Shown: one piece after another, positions 23,566 to 37,348 of the stretch | Position numbering within the stretch: the first letter of the stretch is position 1 | Layout of the letters: each line of letters begins with the position of its first letter | Source: Eledone cirrhosa | Lineage: Eukaryota | NCBI GenBank assembly: GCA_964016885.1 | Contig: OZ024743.1 | Coordinates: 225,060,001 to 225,124,000 of the forward strand | DNA length: 64,000 nucleotides | Direction of reading: 5' to 3' | Program-made: the position numbers and the translations under genes | The notes under the pieces: generated by a model | The model's input: the letters and a program-made list of their open reading frames with translations, nothing else | Database searches by the model: none | Told to the model about the DNA's origin: nothing

Positions 23566-24634
23566 ATCATCATCATCATCATCATCATCATCGTTTAATG
23601 TCCATGTTCCACGCTTGCATGGGTTTGGACGGGAGTTTTCCCACTTGAGGCAAGAGTGGTTGTCTTGCTTGCATAGGACTGTCTGGCGGGTTTTCTACAG
23701 CTGGATGCCCTTCCTAACACCAACCACATTTACAGTGTGGGGCTGGGAGGTTTTTACCGTGTTGCCTACATGGCCACATTACAGCATGGACTGTGTTTTT
23801 TTTGTTGTGACACCTACACGATCTCATTTGTTTCGGCCTGGATGTTGTGGCACCAACATAACTTTACATTGAAAGGGGCGGTGTGGATGGGGTGGGGTGG
23901 GGGTGGGGTGGGGGGGGGGGGGGGTATTTTGTTAGAGATGCCTACTGACTGTAGTAGGTTTTACTTTGTAAGGCGGGTCTTCTCTATTACTGAGTACCGC
24001 CAAAGATCTCGGTCCAGTGACACTGTCTTGGAGAAGTGTAAGTGTGTGAGGTTGGAATTTATCAGATCGTCCCAGGTTTTTCTGGGTCTGCCTACTCCGT
24101 GGCTCCCGTCTATCTTTATTGCCCTGCACTTTTTTATACAGCTGTCATCTTTCATGCGCATCACGTGACCATACCAACGTAGCCTTCTCTCGAGTAAACA
24201 ACATCTGATCCCTCTTATTTCTAATTTTTCCCTTAGTTCGTTTATGCTTTGCCGTTCACGTATATTACTATTACACATCCAGCGGAGCATGCAAGCTTCG
24301 TTCCTCTCTAGTCTGCGTATATCCTTTGCACACAATGCCCAGGTCTCACTGCCATGCAAAATTGCTGTTCGTATGCAGGCATCATACAACCTGCCTTTCA
24401 TTTTTAGGGAGAACCCTTTAGCGGCTAATAGTGGTATAAGCTCTCTGAACTTTTTCCATCCAGTTCTGACTCTAGCTACTGTACTTACAGAGCACCCTCC
24501 CCCACTGCTGATTTTGTCACCCAGGTAACGGAAGCTGTCCACTATTTCTATAGAACCCTCTGAGCAATTGAAAGAGCTATTATTTTGTTGGCACTTGCTG
24601 CTACTTATTGCACCAGAGCACCGGCCACATGTAA
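23566..24634 (-). mobile_element. RTE family A 3' fragment
   Basis: ORF 23961-24698 homologous from TCGRC onward; (GAT)n tail. Confidence 0.95.
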
Positions 24635-24797
24635 TATATATTTTATTGTCATAAAAGGCATTTACTATGCAATAATTATATATCATCATTGTCATCATTT
24701 AATATCTGGTTTTCCTGCTAGAAACGGACATAAAAACGATGATGATGATGGTGATGATGATGATGGTGATGGTGATGGTGTGTGTGTGTGTGTGTGT

Positions 24798-24996
24798 AAC
24801 AAAGAAGGTATGGTAAGATACCAGGTGGACCATAACGCACCAGAGTACTCGATACTTAAGGTAGTAGAGTGGGAAATAGGAAAAGAGTCAGGACCCCGAC
24901 AACTGAGCTCCGGCCGTTTCGAGAGCTAGATCCGAACTAGTTCGATCTAGCTGTCGAAATGGCTGGAGCTCAGCCGTCAGGGTCCTGACTCTTTTC
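24798..24996 (-). mobile_element. Fold-back insert (117-bp palindrome + tail) between (TG)n and (TA)n
   Basis: 24880-24996 is a near-perfect hairpin; minus strand has hairpin-GAAA-cggccg (hammerhead-like 3' half, non-canonical triplet). Confidence 0.6.
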
Positions 24997-25509
24997 ATAT
25001 ATATATATATATATATATGAGTTTCATTAGATCCTGTAATAGGGTGAAAGCAGCGATTCTTTGCTTAAATTTTAATCTGCACTAATAATAAATATTTGCT
25101 CTACGGGTTTATATATACTTTTTCATATATACAATCCTCTTCGAATTTTGGTTTTTGTAATTATTACTATATATATATGTATATACTAATTTAAAGTATC
25201 ATAACATAAAATGTATATGATGAATATGTTTCTCAGTAGAAAAGCTCAATGGACGTTTATCCAGTGCATCACTAATTCAAAAGATATATGTATATATAGA
25301 GAGGGCAAAAGGCATAAATCATTAGAGAAACACATAGTATTTTGTACATATATATATAAAGCATACATTATTTTAGAAACAGTACATACTTTAAGGTGGA
25401 AAAGTTATTAATATATTAATATTGACTTGACCCATGATGACCTGTCCAACCCTTGCTAAAAGGAAAAATGGACATCAAAGGATGATGATAACGATGAGGA
25501 TGATAATAA

Positions 25510-25697
25510 TAATGATTTCTACTTTAGACACAAGGCCAGCACTTTGAGGAGAGGGGAAAGTTGATTAAATCGACACCAGGGCATTACTGGTACTTTATTT
25601 TATCGACCCCATAAGGATGAAAGGCAAAGATTTGAACTCAGTATGTAAAGGGCTGTAACTATATGCCGCAAAGCATAGTGCCTGACACTCTATCAAT
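25510..25697 (-). mobile_element. SINE family A
   Basis: Consensus match. Confidence 0.8.
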
Positions 25698-25888
25698 AAG
25701 AGGCATATATCATTAGAGAAACACACAGTATTTTGTACATATACATAAAGCATATAATATTTGGGAAAGTGGCACCTGCACTAGGGAGGTTGTCATACCT
25801 TGGACATAGCTAAAGACCTCCTAACCAATATTTCTTTATTTCATTGGCGTTTCCCAAATATAATTTATATATATATATATATATATAT

Positions 25889-26175
25889 ATAGTATAAAAA
25901 AACGAAAAATCAGTGATGCATCTGGACTCAGTTTATTGCGTGTTACAATTGTTTTGCTGGCAGATAGCTCGAGACATGATCACTGTATGGATCTGGCTGA
26001 TTCTGCGGCTGCAGGTTCCTTCGAACACATGCAATTGTTTTGGAGCAAATTTTTTCACTGATGCATCACTGATTTTTCGTTTTTTTTATACTATTCACAC
26101 TCTGCTCTGTAAGAATATTGAGTGCTAATTTTGGCATACCGCCTATGTAAGCACCATAGCTACCATTATACACAC

Positions 26176-26178
<3 letters not shown>
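25889..26178 (+). mobile_element. Inverted-copy + tail insert between (TA)n tracts
   Basis: 34-bp arms 25889-25922 and 26060-26094, tail to 26178; no hammerhead seen. Confidence 0.55.
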
Positions 26179-26213
<35 letters not shown>

Positions 26214-26321
26214 TGCTAGCGTGGAAAATGGACGTTGATGATAATAATAATAATATATATATATTTATTTGCACTCCAGCTACAGGGCTGAGGCCATGTT
26301 GGGGTACTACCACTATATATA

Positions 26322-28813
26322 TATCTGGATTCTTAATATTCTCTACCAGATATTTTGTCTTAATCTCATTCATTCTCAGCCCCAAACTCATTGACACAGT
26401 CTCCACTTCCTGCATCAAATCCTCTACCTCCTTCACTGTAGGTAGGGAGCCAATGTATCTCCCTGGAGCACTCCAGCCAGTATCTCAAAGAACTCTGTCA
26501 TCCCATCAGGTGCAATGACTTGGGCTTTGGTGTTGGTGTAGAGCAGAGATATCAGGTCCACTAGCTTCTTGGGGATTCCATAAGCCTGTAAGATCTTCAT
26601 CAGGCAGTGACGGTCCACAGAATCAAAAGCCTTCCTAAAGTCAATGAAAATTTGACCGCAGGAATGCACTTTGCTCTAGCTCCCTCTAATATCCTCCTCA
26701 GCATCAGGATGTGACTGGTGGTTGATCTTCCTCTCTGAAGCCGTTGTGGTTGTCCCTGAGCTTCTTCTCCATCTCGGGCTGGATCCTATTAAGAATCATC
26801 CTGTTGAAGGTCTTTGCCACAAGTGACGTCAGTGAGATCCCTCTGTAGTTGTTGGTGTTAGAGAGATCTCCCTTTTTTGGCACTGGGACGATATTACTGA
26901 TCCTCCACTGATTCGGGGCAACTCCTTTCTCCAGTGCCTGGTTACAAAACTCCAGGATGATATCACACCTCTTCATCACCTCTGATGCCACTCCATCTTC
27001 TCCATGAGCCTTTCCCTCCTTGATCTTCTTCTTGGCTCTCTGAAGCTCCTCTCTGGTAAGGGCCCTATCTCAATATCGAGTTCCTCAACCAGCCGCCTGA
27101 TCTCCCCAGTGTTCTGGGCTATGGAGGGCGGCTCTCCTAGTAGGGTCCTAAAATGGTCCAGCCATTTCCCCTTCCTATCCTCGGGCCCTGTTCCCTGGAT
27201 CTGACTCGAACACCTTCTCTTCCTCCCTGTGATCTCGTTGATGATCATCCAACTCTCCTTACATCCAGACCTGCCAACCGTTCTCTCCACACTTCTGATC
27301 TTCTCTATCAGTGCCTGCTCTCTGGCCTCAGTGTAAGCGGTACAGAGTTCTTCCCTCATCACCTCCACATTCTCCTTCCTCTCCTCCGTAGGATCAGCAT
27401 AGAATTGGTCCTTGGCAGCTTTCAGGTGTTCTCTGGCTGCACACACTTTTGGGTCTGCAGAGTTGACGTGCTTCCTTTTGTTCTTTCTCCTTGGTACCAG
27501 GGTCTCACTTGCTTCCACCACTGTATTGGTGAAGTACCCGCACCTCCTCGTCACACTCTCCTCAGTCCCTCCAATCTCTCTCTCCTCTGTCTCTCCACAC
27601 AGAGCAGTAAACCTGTTCCTCACTTCTACTGTGAACCTCTCTTGTAGCTTATCATCTTCCTTGAAAGCTCCCCAGTCATAGATTGCTCTCCGGGGCTGAG
27701 CCTTGCTCTTTCTTAAGCTCACCCGGACCTCACTCATAACAAGCCGGTGGTCACTGCCCAGTGTACTGAAATAGCTGTATGGTTTTGTGTTCAGAACACT
27801 ATTCCGCCACTTTTTCATCACCAGAATTAAATTAATCTGGGACTTGGACAGGTGCATAACTGAGATGTAGGTCCACATCTTCCCCGGATGCTTCCTAAAC
27901 CTTAGGTTGGTTGCTATCAAGTTCGCCTCCAGCAGGGTGTCCCTCAGTAGTCTTCCATTTCAGTTGGTGTTGTTATGGAAGTACCAGCAAGGATCTTCAT
28001 TGCTCTCTTTACTCAGATGTGCATTGAAGTCCCCAGAACAAGCAGGATGTTGTGAGCTTGTGTGGTGTTGACTGCTCTACACACCTCCTCATGGAACTCT
28101 TCCGCACTCACATCAGTGTCTCCCTTGGTTGGACTATAGGCTGAAATGACTGTCAGTCTTGGGTTTCCATTGAAGGTCACCCTCAACACTCGCGGGGAGA
28201 CAGGTATTATTTCCCTCACCAATATATTGGTTTTTGTGCTGAAAACAAAACCCACTCCTCCTACTGCAGCATTGGTCATGTTCTTCACTGCTGATATGGT
28301 GATGAGCTGGCTCCTCTTCTCAATCATCACACTCCTCATGGGCTCATCATGTAGGATCCTGTGTCTTGGATCGCAAGTATCTGCATACCACTCTCCTCGA
28401 ACAGATGACCCAACTCCTCTCTCTTCTCCAGCATCCGAATAGTCCTCACATTCAAAGTGCCCATTTTGATGGCTCTTCTGCAGGAGAAAACTGCATTCTT
28501 TATATTTGTCTCAGAGACAGCTGATCCATCATCCACTGGCCCTCCCTGTGGCTCTAAGCCAGCAGAGTCATAACGACCAGACCGCTCCTTGATAGTGTAG
28601 TTAGGGCTCTAAACCTAGTGCTGTTAAATACACTCTCCATGTTCTTTTCAATGGCTGACAATACCTTACCAGCGCCACTTGAATAAGGTAATTATGCCAG
28701 AGCAGAGCTGAGAGCTATAACAACTAAGGGGTAACTCCACGTTCCCCACAGCTCCTGAACTCCCGAACTGGAGCCTTGCCACTGGATGTAGTTTAATGTC
28801 ATACCCAGGACAC
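26322..28813 (-). mobile_element. RTE-type LINE family B: 5'UTR, APE endonuclease and RT (inverted 5' segment)
   Basis: MGTLNVRTI, SAYSPT, LGSDHRLV, NYRGISLTSL, FIDFRKAFDSV, GVLQGDTLAPYL, GLRMNEIKTKY; several frameshifts and a deletion over the YADD region. Confidence 0.9.
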
Positions 28814-28814
28814 T

Positions 28815-29402
28815 AATGTAGGGGGAAGCCGCTTGAATTGGTTGAGGACTTCCTGTATTTGGGGGCAAAGATTGGGAATACAGAAGATCATGTGGTCGAG
28901 AGGAAGAGCAAAGCCTGGGTGGCGTGCCACAGCTTGAGATCAGTGTGGAAGTCGGACCTTCGTAAAGACCTGAAGATCCACCTCTTCGTTGCTGTAGTGG
29001 AGTCTGTGTTGTTGTACAGGTCTGAAACTTGAACACTGACCAAGAAACTCACTCAGATGGTGGATGGGTGTTACATGAGAATACTGAGGATGGCTCTGAA
29101 CATTAATCAGTATACACTGAGGATGAAGAACTCAGAGTTGTACAGGAGCCTCCCAAAAGTGGCACAGAAGAGACTGAGGTTAGCTGGACATACTCACCGA
29201 CATTCAGAGTTGACACTGCACTCAGTGCTCCTGTGGGAGCCCCTGCATGGACACACTGGAAGAGTAAGACCGAAGTTAACATATGTTGATGCCCTAAGGA
29301 CAGACACTGGTCTGTTGGAGACGCAGGACATGGCAGCGATAATGAGGGACAAAGACCGCTGGAGAGAACTCGTCCATGGATCTCGGGAATTTTACCTGCT
29401 CT

Positions 29403-29404
<2 letters not shown>
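28815..29404 (+). mobile_element. RTE-type LINE family B: 3' segment in forward orientation
   Basis: GKPLELVEDFLYLG..ESVLLYRSET..RLRLAGH..DKDRWRELV; ends at (TA)n. Confidence 0.88.
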
Positions 29405-29442
<38 letters not shown>

Positions 29443-29904
29443 ATACAACAATTGTGGTTGTATGTGTATTTATGTATGAAGGTGTCGGTGTTTATACCTG
29501 TGCCATAGCTGTGTTTATGTACACATTAGCATATTTGTGTGCGCGTGTTTTTATGTGAAAAAGACATTGCACCTGCGTGTATTTCTACTGATGCACCTAT
29601 GTTGTATAGTTCTTCAGTTACTGGCTAATCTATACTAACAGGACACAGACACAAATGTGTTAATAGTTAATTAACATTTAAATAAAACATCAAGGCTAGG
29701 GTTTATACTATACTAATAAAATGTACTGTAGAGTGCAGCTATAACACGCCACAATAGCATAACATGCAACACATCATAACTCACTGTAGTACACCACATA
29801 CCACAAACCACAACTTATCACATCACACTATAACACACTACATACAACACACCACACCACACATACAACACAGCACAGCAATAACCCTCCATACACCACA
29901 TCAG

Positions 29905-32690
29905 ACAGTAACCACATCAGACAGTAACAACACACCACAACCACAACACACCAGACAGTAACAACACACTGCACTGCTACAACACAACCACAACACACAG
30001 ACAGCACCAACACACTGCACTGCTACAACACACCACAACACAACCACAACACACCAGACAGCAACAACACACTGCACTGCTACAACACAACACAACACAA
30101 CACAACCACAACACACCAGACAGCACCAACACACTGCACTGCTACAACACACCACAACACAACCACAACACACTGCACTGCTACAACACAACACACCAGA
30201 CAGCACCAACACACTGCACTGCTACAACACACCACAACACAACCACAACACACCAGACAGCAACAACACACTGCACTGCTACAACACAACACAACCACAA
30301 CACACCAGACAGCACCAACACACTGCACTGCTACAACACAACACAACACAACCACAACACACCAAACAGCAACAACACACTGCACTGCTACAACACAACA
30401 CAATACAACCACAACACATCAGACAGCAACAACACACTGCACTGCTACAACACACCACAACACAACCACAACACACCACACAGTAACAACACACTGCACT
30501 GCTACAACACACCACAACACAACCACAACACACTGCACTGCTACAACACACCACAACACAACCACAACACACCAGACACCAACAACACACTGCACTGCTA
30601 CAACACACCACAACACAACCACAACACACCACACAGTAACAACACACTGCACTGCTACAACACACCACAACACACTGCACTGCTACACCACACCACAACA
30701 CAACACAACCACAACACACCAGACAGCAACAACACACTGCACTGCTACAACACACCACAACACAACCACAACACACCAGACAGTAACAACACACCACAAC
30801 ACAACCACAACACACCACACAGCAACAACACACTGCACTGCTACAACACACCACAACACACCAGACAGCAACAACACACTGCACTGCTACAACACACCAC
30901 AACACAACCACAACACACCAGACAGTAACAACACACTGCACTGCTACAACACACCACAACACAACCACAACACACCAGACAGTAACAACACACTGCACTG
31001 CTACAACACACCACAAAACAACCACAACACACCAGACAGCAACAACACACTGCACTGCTACAACACAACCACAACACACCAGACAACAACAACACACTGC
31101 ACTGCTACAACACACCACAACACAACCACAACACACTGCACTGCTACAACACACCACAACACAACCACAACATACCAGACAGCAACAACACACTGCACTG
31201 CTACAACACAACACAACACAACCACAACACACCAGACAGCACCAACACACTGCACTGCTACAACACAACACAACACAACCACAACACACCAAACAGCAAC
31301 AACACACTGCACTGCTACAACACAACACAACACAACCACAACACACCAGACAGCAACAACACACTGCACTGCTACAACACACCACAACACAACCACAACA
31401 CACCAGACAGTAACAACACACTGCACTGCTACAACACACCACAACACAACCACAACACACCATAACCACGATACTCCACACAGCAACAACACACCACACT
31501 GCAACAACACACTGCACTGCTACAACACAACCACAACACACCAGACAGTAACAACACACTGCACTGCTACAACACACCAGAACACACCATAACCACGATA
31601 CACCACACTGCAACAACACACCACACTGCAACAACACACCACAACACAACCACAACACACTGCACTGCTACAACACACCATAACACAACCACAACACACT
31701 GCACTGCTACAACACACCACAACACAACCACAACACACCAGACAGCAACAACACACTGCACTGCTACAACACACCACAACACAACCACAACATACCAGAC
31801 AGCAACAACACACTGCACTGCTACAACACACCACAACACACCACACAGTAACAACACACTGCACTGCTACAACACACCACAACACACCAGACAGCAACAA
31901 CACACTGCACTGCTACACCACACCACAACACAACCACAACACACCAGATAGCAACAACACACTGCACTGCTACAACACACCACAACACAACCACAACACA
32001 CCAGACAGTAACAACACACTGCTACAACACACCACAACACACTGCACTGCTACAACACACCACAACACACCAGACAGCAACAACACACTGCACTGCTACA
32101 CCACACCACAACACAACCACAACACACCAGACAGCAACAACACACTGCACTGCTACACCACACCACAACACAACCACAACACACCAGATAGCAACAACAC
32201 ACTGCACTGCTACAACACACCACAACACAACCACAACACACCAGACAGTAACGACACACTGCTACAACACACCACAACACAACCACAACACACCAGACAG
32301 CAACAACACACTGCACTGCTACAACACACCACAATACAACCACAACACACCAGACAGTAACAACACACTGCACTGCTACAACACACCACAACACAACCAC
32401 AACACACCAGACAGCAACAACACACCACACTGCAACAACACAACACATAACACAGCTACATCACAGCACACTGCAACAACACACCACAACACAACCACAA
32501 CACAGCAGACAGCAACAACACACCACACTACAACAACACAACACAGCTACAACATACCGCACAACTCACAACAACAATACACTACACACCACACACAACT
32601 ACACAACTACAACACATTACACAACTACAACACACTGCACAACTACAGCACACTACACAACTACAGCACACTACACAACTACAACACACC
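29905..32690. repeat. Complex CA-rich satellite, modular ~57-bp unit
   Basis: Modules acaacacactgcactgct / acaacacacc / acaacacaacc / agacagca in shuffled order; degenerate at both ends. Confidence 0.95.
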
Positions 32691-32962
32691 ATTTACAAGT
32701 TCATTCAATAATATATGTAAGAGAACAGATATGCTACTATATAGCATCATATGTAATGCTATCTACACAGAATATTGGTTGCAGTAACGTCCACATTTTG
32801 GTGCTATTCATTATATAAGTCTGCAATACTTCTCTGTTATAAGAAACAAATGGATATTGGACATTGTATATGTATGTGGTAGTGTTATTATAATCTATGC
32901 CAACATTGAAAAGCAATTTCTGATGACATACAACCTTATGCATTTATACACTTACACACACA

Positions 32963-32999
<37 letters not shown>

Positions 33000-33146
33000 T
33001 CCAACCCATCCCTAGCATGGAAAGCAAATGTTACAATGAAGGACATTTCTGAGATTTTTAGCCCTGTAGAAGTTATCTCTCTCTTTCTCTTCTCTCTCTA
33101 CACATTATATATATATATATATATATATATAAAGTTGATTTCTTTC

Positions 33147-33204
33147 ATTTTCTTATAACATAGCTATGACAAAACAAGACTTTACTAAGTCTCTTCAGGA
33201 AAAT
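33147..33204 (-). ncRNA. Degenerate hammerhead relic between (TA)n tracts
   Basis: attttc-CTGAAGA-gact tagtaa agtc-[no GAAA]-catagctatg..gaaaat. Confidence 0.4.
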
Positions 33205-34769
33205 ATATATATGAATATCATCATCATCATCATATAAATACTATATACAAGTACAAACATAAACATACAATCTTGTGCAGTTATATATATATATACACAC
33301 ACATATATATATATATTCACTTGATGAATTCACACATACACAGATACAGAGAGAGACATACACACACACACTAAAAAATATATACACATACATACATAAA
33401 CCTATACACAAACATACAGAAAATGTCAAATTTTTTTTTTTTAGACAATTATTGAGCAAGTGAAAGTGTTTTAGTTGGAACCGAGTAAGTAGAATGGTAA
33501 ACTCTACAATATTCTACACTGCCAGAAGTAATAGTGCAGCCAAACAGAAACAACTCACCTGATTTTAAATAAAATACTTAGATATTGTTAGCTTTGCTGT
33601 TGGGAAACAAAACACGTGTAGAATTTTTAATATATTCTTCAAATCAAAGTATACTCACACACGTCACACATACATACCATGCACATACACCATGTATATG
33701 TACACATACACACACCATGCATATGTACACACACACACTACATATATATATATATACACAAACCCACCACATACATAAACCCATTACATAACACATGCAC
33801 ACACTCTTTATCTCTCATACACACATACATACCACATACAGAAACTCAACGCATACACACATCCATACACTCTTTATCTCTCAAACATACATACATACCC
33901 CATACAGAAACACAACATACACACACGGATGCACACGCCACATACACATATAGCAGTCACTTGTCAAATGAGTAACAAAGGATAAATAAATAAGAAGAAG
34001 AAGGATAGAAAGAAAAAAGGTTATAAAAAGTATGAAGGAAAGATGGAAAGAGAAAAAAAATGAGAGAAGGAAGTGTGTTATTCTCATAATACTATTCATA
34101 AAATAATTAGTATTTTCATGAGTTCTTTCACCTTTTAAAAATTAAAATGCTTAACCTTTTTATTACTATAGTTTTCATGAAAGACACTGTTACTAGTTTC
34201 AGTTATTAGACAGTGCTCATGCTGGAGCACCACATTAAAAAGATTTTTAGTTGTTATCTATTCCCAATATTTATAGCCATATGGTTAGAATGTGTCAGGA
34301 AAGAATTGCTGGACAGATTTTATGGGCAAAACCAACTGGCAGGTAGACCTAGGGTTAGACCCCAAACAAGATGGTTGAATAACATCCATGAGGTTGGCTG
34401 GTCTTGCTTGGGGATCCTAGATGTCAAAACACTAAGCTACAGTCCATACACTCAAACATAAATACAGTGTAGGTGGGAAATGTAAAATTGTCTACCTTCC
34501 ACCCCCCTCTTTCCAAACATCACTTCTGTCTAGCAACAAAATCCCTGAACCATACTCACTGCAAAAACTCTAGCAAGAAACTCTAGGTTTTACACAAGCT
34601 CACAGACAAATGTCTACTAACTATAAATCTCTATGAGGAATGAGACTATCATTTTGCCCTTCAGTTCAAATGACATCACTCCTCCTGTTACTTCTGATAC
34701 ATCACACAAAGTCCCCCCACAGCCCTCTCATCTAAAGATCACCTCATACACTCTCACTCCCTGTTGAAG

Positions 34770-35240
34770 TTTGCCATCAATCTGGGCAAACATTCTGACC
34801 TTTGCATTCTTTCCTTCTTCATTATCATCCAACCTTGTGGTTATCCATGATGTGACATGGCATTGCATCTATGGGCATGTTGTTTCAAGAATTCACAACT
34901 CCCTTACTTCACTGAAATGTGCAGCATGCATTGAGGGGGTGGGTGGGAAAGGGATTCACTCAAACATTACCCCAGATCTGAATGGTAGTAGGGCCGCCCT
35001 CTTCCTCAAGTCACTGTGGTACCATTCTTGGAGGTCACCATTCATATTTGAATATTGCTCTTTGTGGCACTGACACTTCAGCCTGTCCTAACTGAGGTGA
35101 CATGTACCAGAACGCTACCTCAGTTGGGAAGATATGTCTTCTCTAAGCCATGGCATTCTTCACACTGGTTAGAACATTTGCCTTATTCCTCTCCAAGGGC
35201 AAAAAACTACATGCAATTTCAGATTGAATTTGGTAGCTAG
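34770..35240 (-). pseudogene. Highly decayed LTR-retrotransposon (Gypsy-like) RT relic
   Basis: ..LEEEGGPTT..PF....NACCTFQ resembles MPFGLxNAPATFQ; many stops. Confidence 0.3.
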
Positions 35241-36185
35241 CTCTCTCAGAATTTCAAAATGTTGCTTAACGCTTTAGCATTTAAACTGGCCCGTATCCAG
35301 CCAGAATCGTCTCACCTCTTTCTGTCCAAACCGGCTGCTCATACTTATGTCAAGGTATTGTTCTCAAAATATGGTTAATTATCATCTCTGAAGCCCCCTT
35401 TGTCTGCACTTTCTTCTCATCGGTGAGCACTGATCCCACCTATCTGTACAGTGGCCAAATCAGTTCACATCTCAAAAGTGAGCAGCTCCCATTGCAGGAC
35501 CAGATTCACTCCCTTCAACACAGCAGCTAATTTGGCTACATTCTCCACCTCAACACCCTCTATTTCCAGAACAACTTCTATCACTGCACCATATGGTCTC
35601 TTTCTCTAATTAGGGCATGGACCAATTATCTCTACTCTTACGTTCTCTAAGGTTCTTCCTCATTCAAAGGAGAGGATTTTTTCCTCCCTTACATATGACA
35701 AGGACTGTATTAAGAGAATTTGAATGCTCCACCTCCGTTTCTTAGTAAACAGAGATAAACTATTTCTTACTTTGCTTTTGCTCAGGCAAGGAAACACTGT
35801 TCTTCATAATGTGTCTACTCAACATTGACTCATTCTCCAGGACAAGATTCATCTTCAAATATTTTGTGTTGTTTGTGAAAGTGTGTGGCCCAGTGGTTAA
35901 AGTGTTTGGTGCATGCTTATTAGGTCAAAAGTTTGTTTCCTAGGCTGTACTGTGCATTGTGTTCATGAGTAAAATGCTTCATTTGATATTGCTTTTTATG
36001 ATGAGAGTGCAGCCCCTATCATTAAAACACCCAAGAAATCTATGAGATACACCCTCACAGGAGGCCAGCTATAAGTGTGGGTCATGAATTTCATTTTCCT
36101 TATATGTTCTTTCTGACATTAGTAAAGGTGCCACTGGCATGTTAAATAACGGAACTGTTTTTGTTTCACAAAGAGTGCTTATAAA

Positions 36186-36417
36186 TGTGTGTGTGTGTGT
36201 GTGTGTGTATATACGTGTGTGTGTGTGTGTATACGTGTGTGTGTGTGTGTGTGTGTATACGTGTGTGTGTGTGTATACGTGCATGCATGTGTGTGTATAC
36301 GTGCATGCATGTGTGTGTATACGTGCATGCATGTGTGTGTGTACGTGCATGTGTGTGTGTGTGTGTGTACGTGCATGCATGTGTGTGTGTGTGTGTGTAC
36401 GTGCATGCATGTGTGTG
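36186..36417. repeat. Compound (TG)n / tatacgtg / tgca microsatellite
   Basis: Direct reading. Confidence 0.95.
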
Positions 36418-37024
36418 CTACTGTTGTTATTGATAACATTTTCATCTGTAGCTGTTAAAATATTGTTTTTCTTTTAGAGTTCAGCATTAAAATCTTGCTG
36501 TGCAATTGAATGATTTTTCTTTGTATATTGTTTGTAACATGAGTTATTTTGTTTATTGTCAAATTTTTCAGTAAAGGGGCTTGGCTTAAAATTTACATTT
36601 TTCTGTATCTAGGCAAGTGAAAAGGCTTGGTGGTTAAGGTGTCTGCATAACAACCTCATGGATTTAGGTTTACTCACACTGCGTGGCACCTTGGGCAAAT
36701 ATCTTCTGCTATAGCCATAGATTGGCCAATGCCATGTGAGTATAATCTAGAAATTACAGAAACCTATGTATGTCCATGCATGTGTGTGTATGTGTTTGTA
36801 TTTATAACTTGTAATTTAATGGTTCAATGAAAAGCGGATCAATAAAATAAGCAATAAGCTTGAAGTGACTATTGTCGTCAATATAATCAAATAAAATCAT
36901 TTTAAGCCAGTGCCCCAGCATGGCCATAGTCTAATGACTGAAACCAGTTAAAGAATAGAAGACTAAAAGAATATATCTAAAAAAAGATTATATTACATAT
37001 AGTAAATACCCTATCCTTTGCTTC

Positions 37025-37141
37025 AAGAAGAAGAGGAAAAAGAAGAAAAAGAAGAAAAAGAAGAAAAAAGAAGAAAAAGAAGAAGAAAAAGAAGAAGAAA
37101 AAAAAGAAGAAGAAAAAAAAGAAGAAGAAAAGGAAGAAGAA
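37025..37141. repeat. Polypurine (GAA/GAAAAA)n tract
   Basis: Direct reading. Confidence 0.9.
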
Positions 37142-37348
37142 CATTAACGTTTTAACTGGTACGGAAGAGCACTATTGCTGGTAGAATGATAAATCATCTA
37201 TGTAATTTTTCTTACATAACTTTATTTGATTATATTCCATAATTATATAAGTTGTAAATAATCAAACACTTATATATGATTGATTATCATTCTGTGGTAA
37301 ATATGATTTTTAACAGATAATGTGCAAATGTATAAAGCAAATGACATA

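Noticed and set aside
29828-32448. Cys/Val-rich ORFs up to 459 aa
   Set aside because: The same peptides appear in all frames because the satellite strand has few stops; no splice or start context
33559-33596. Minus-strand exon candidate (cccaacag..cag/gtgagt)
   Set aside because: Stops in all three frames; could be non-coding but is unsupported
36069-36477. HT/CV-repeat ORFs
   Set aside because: Microsatellite translations
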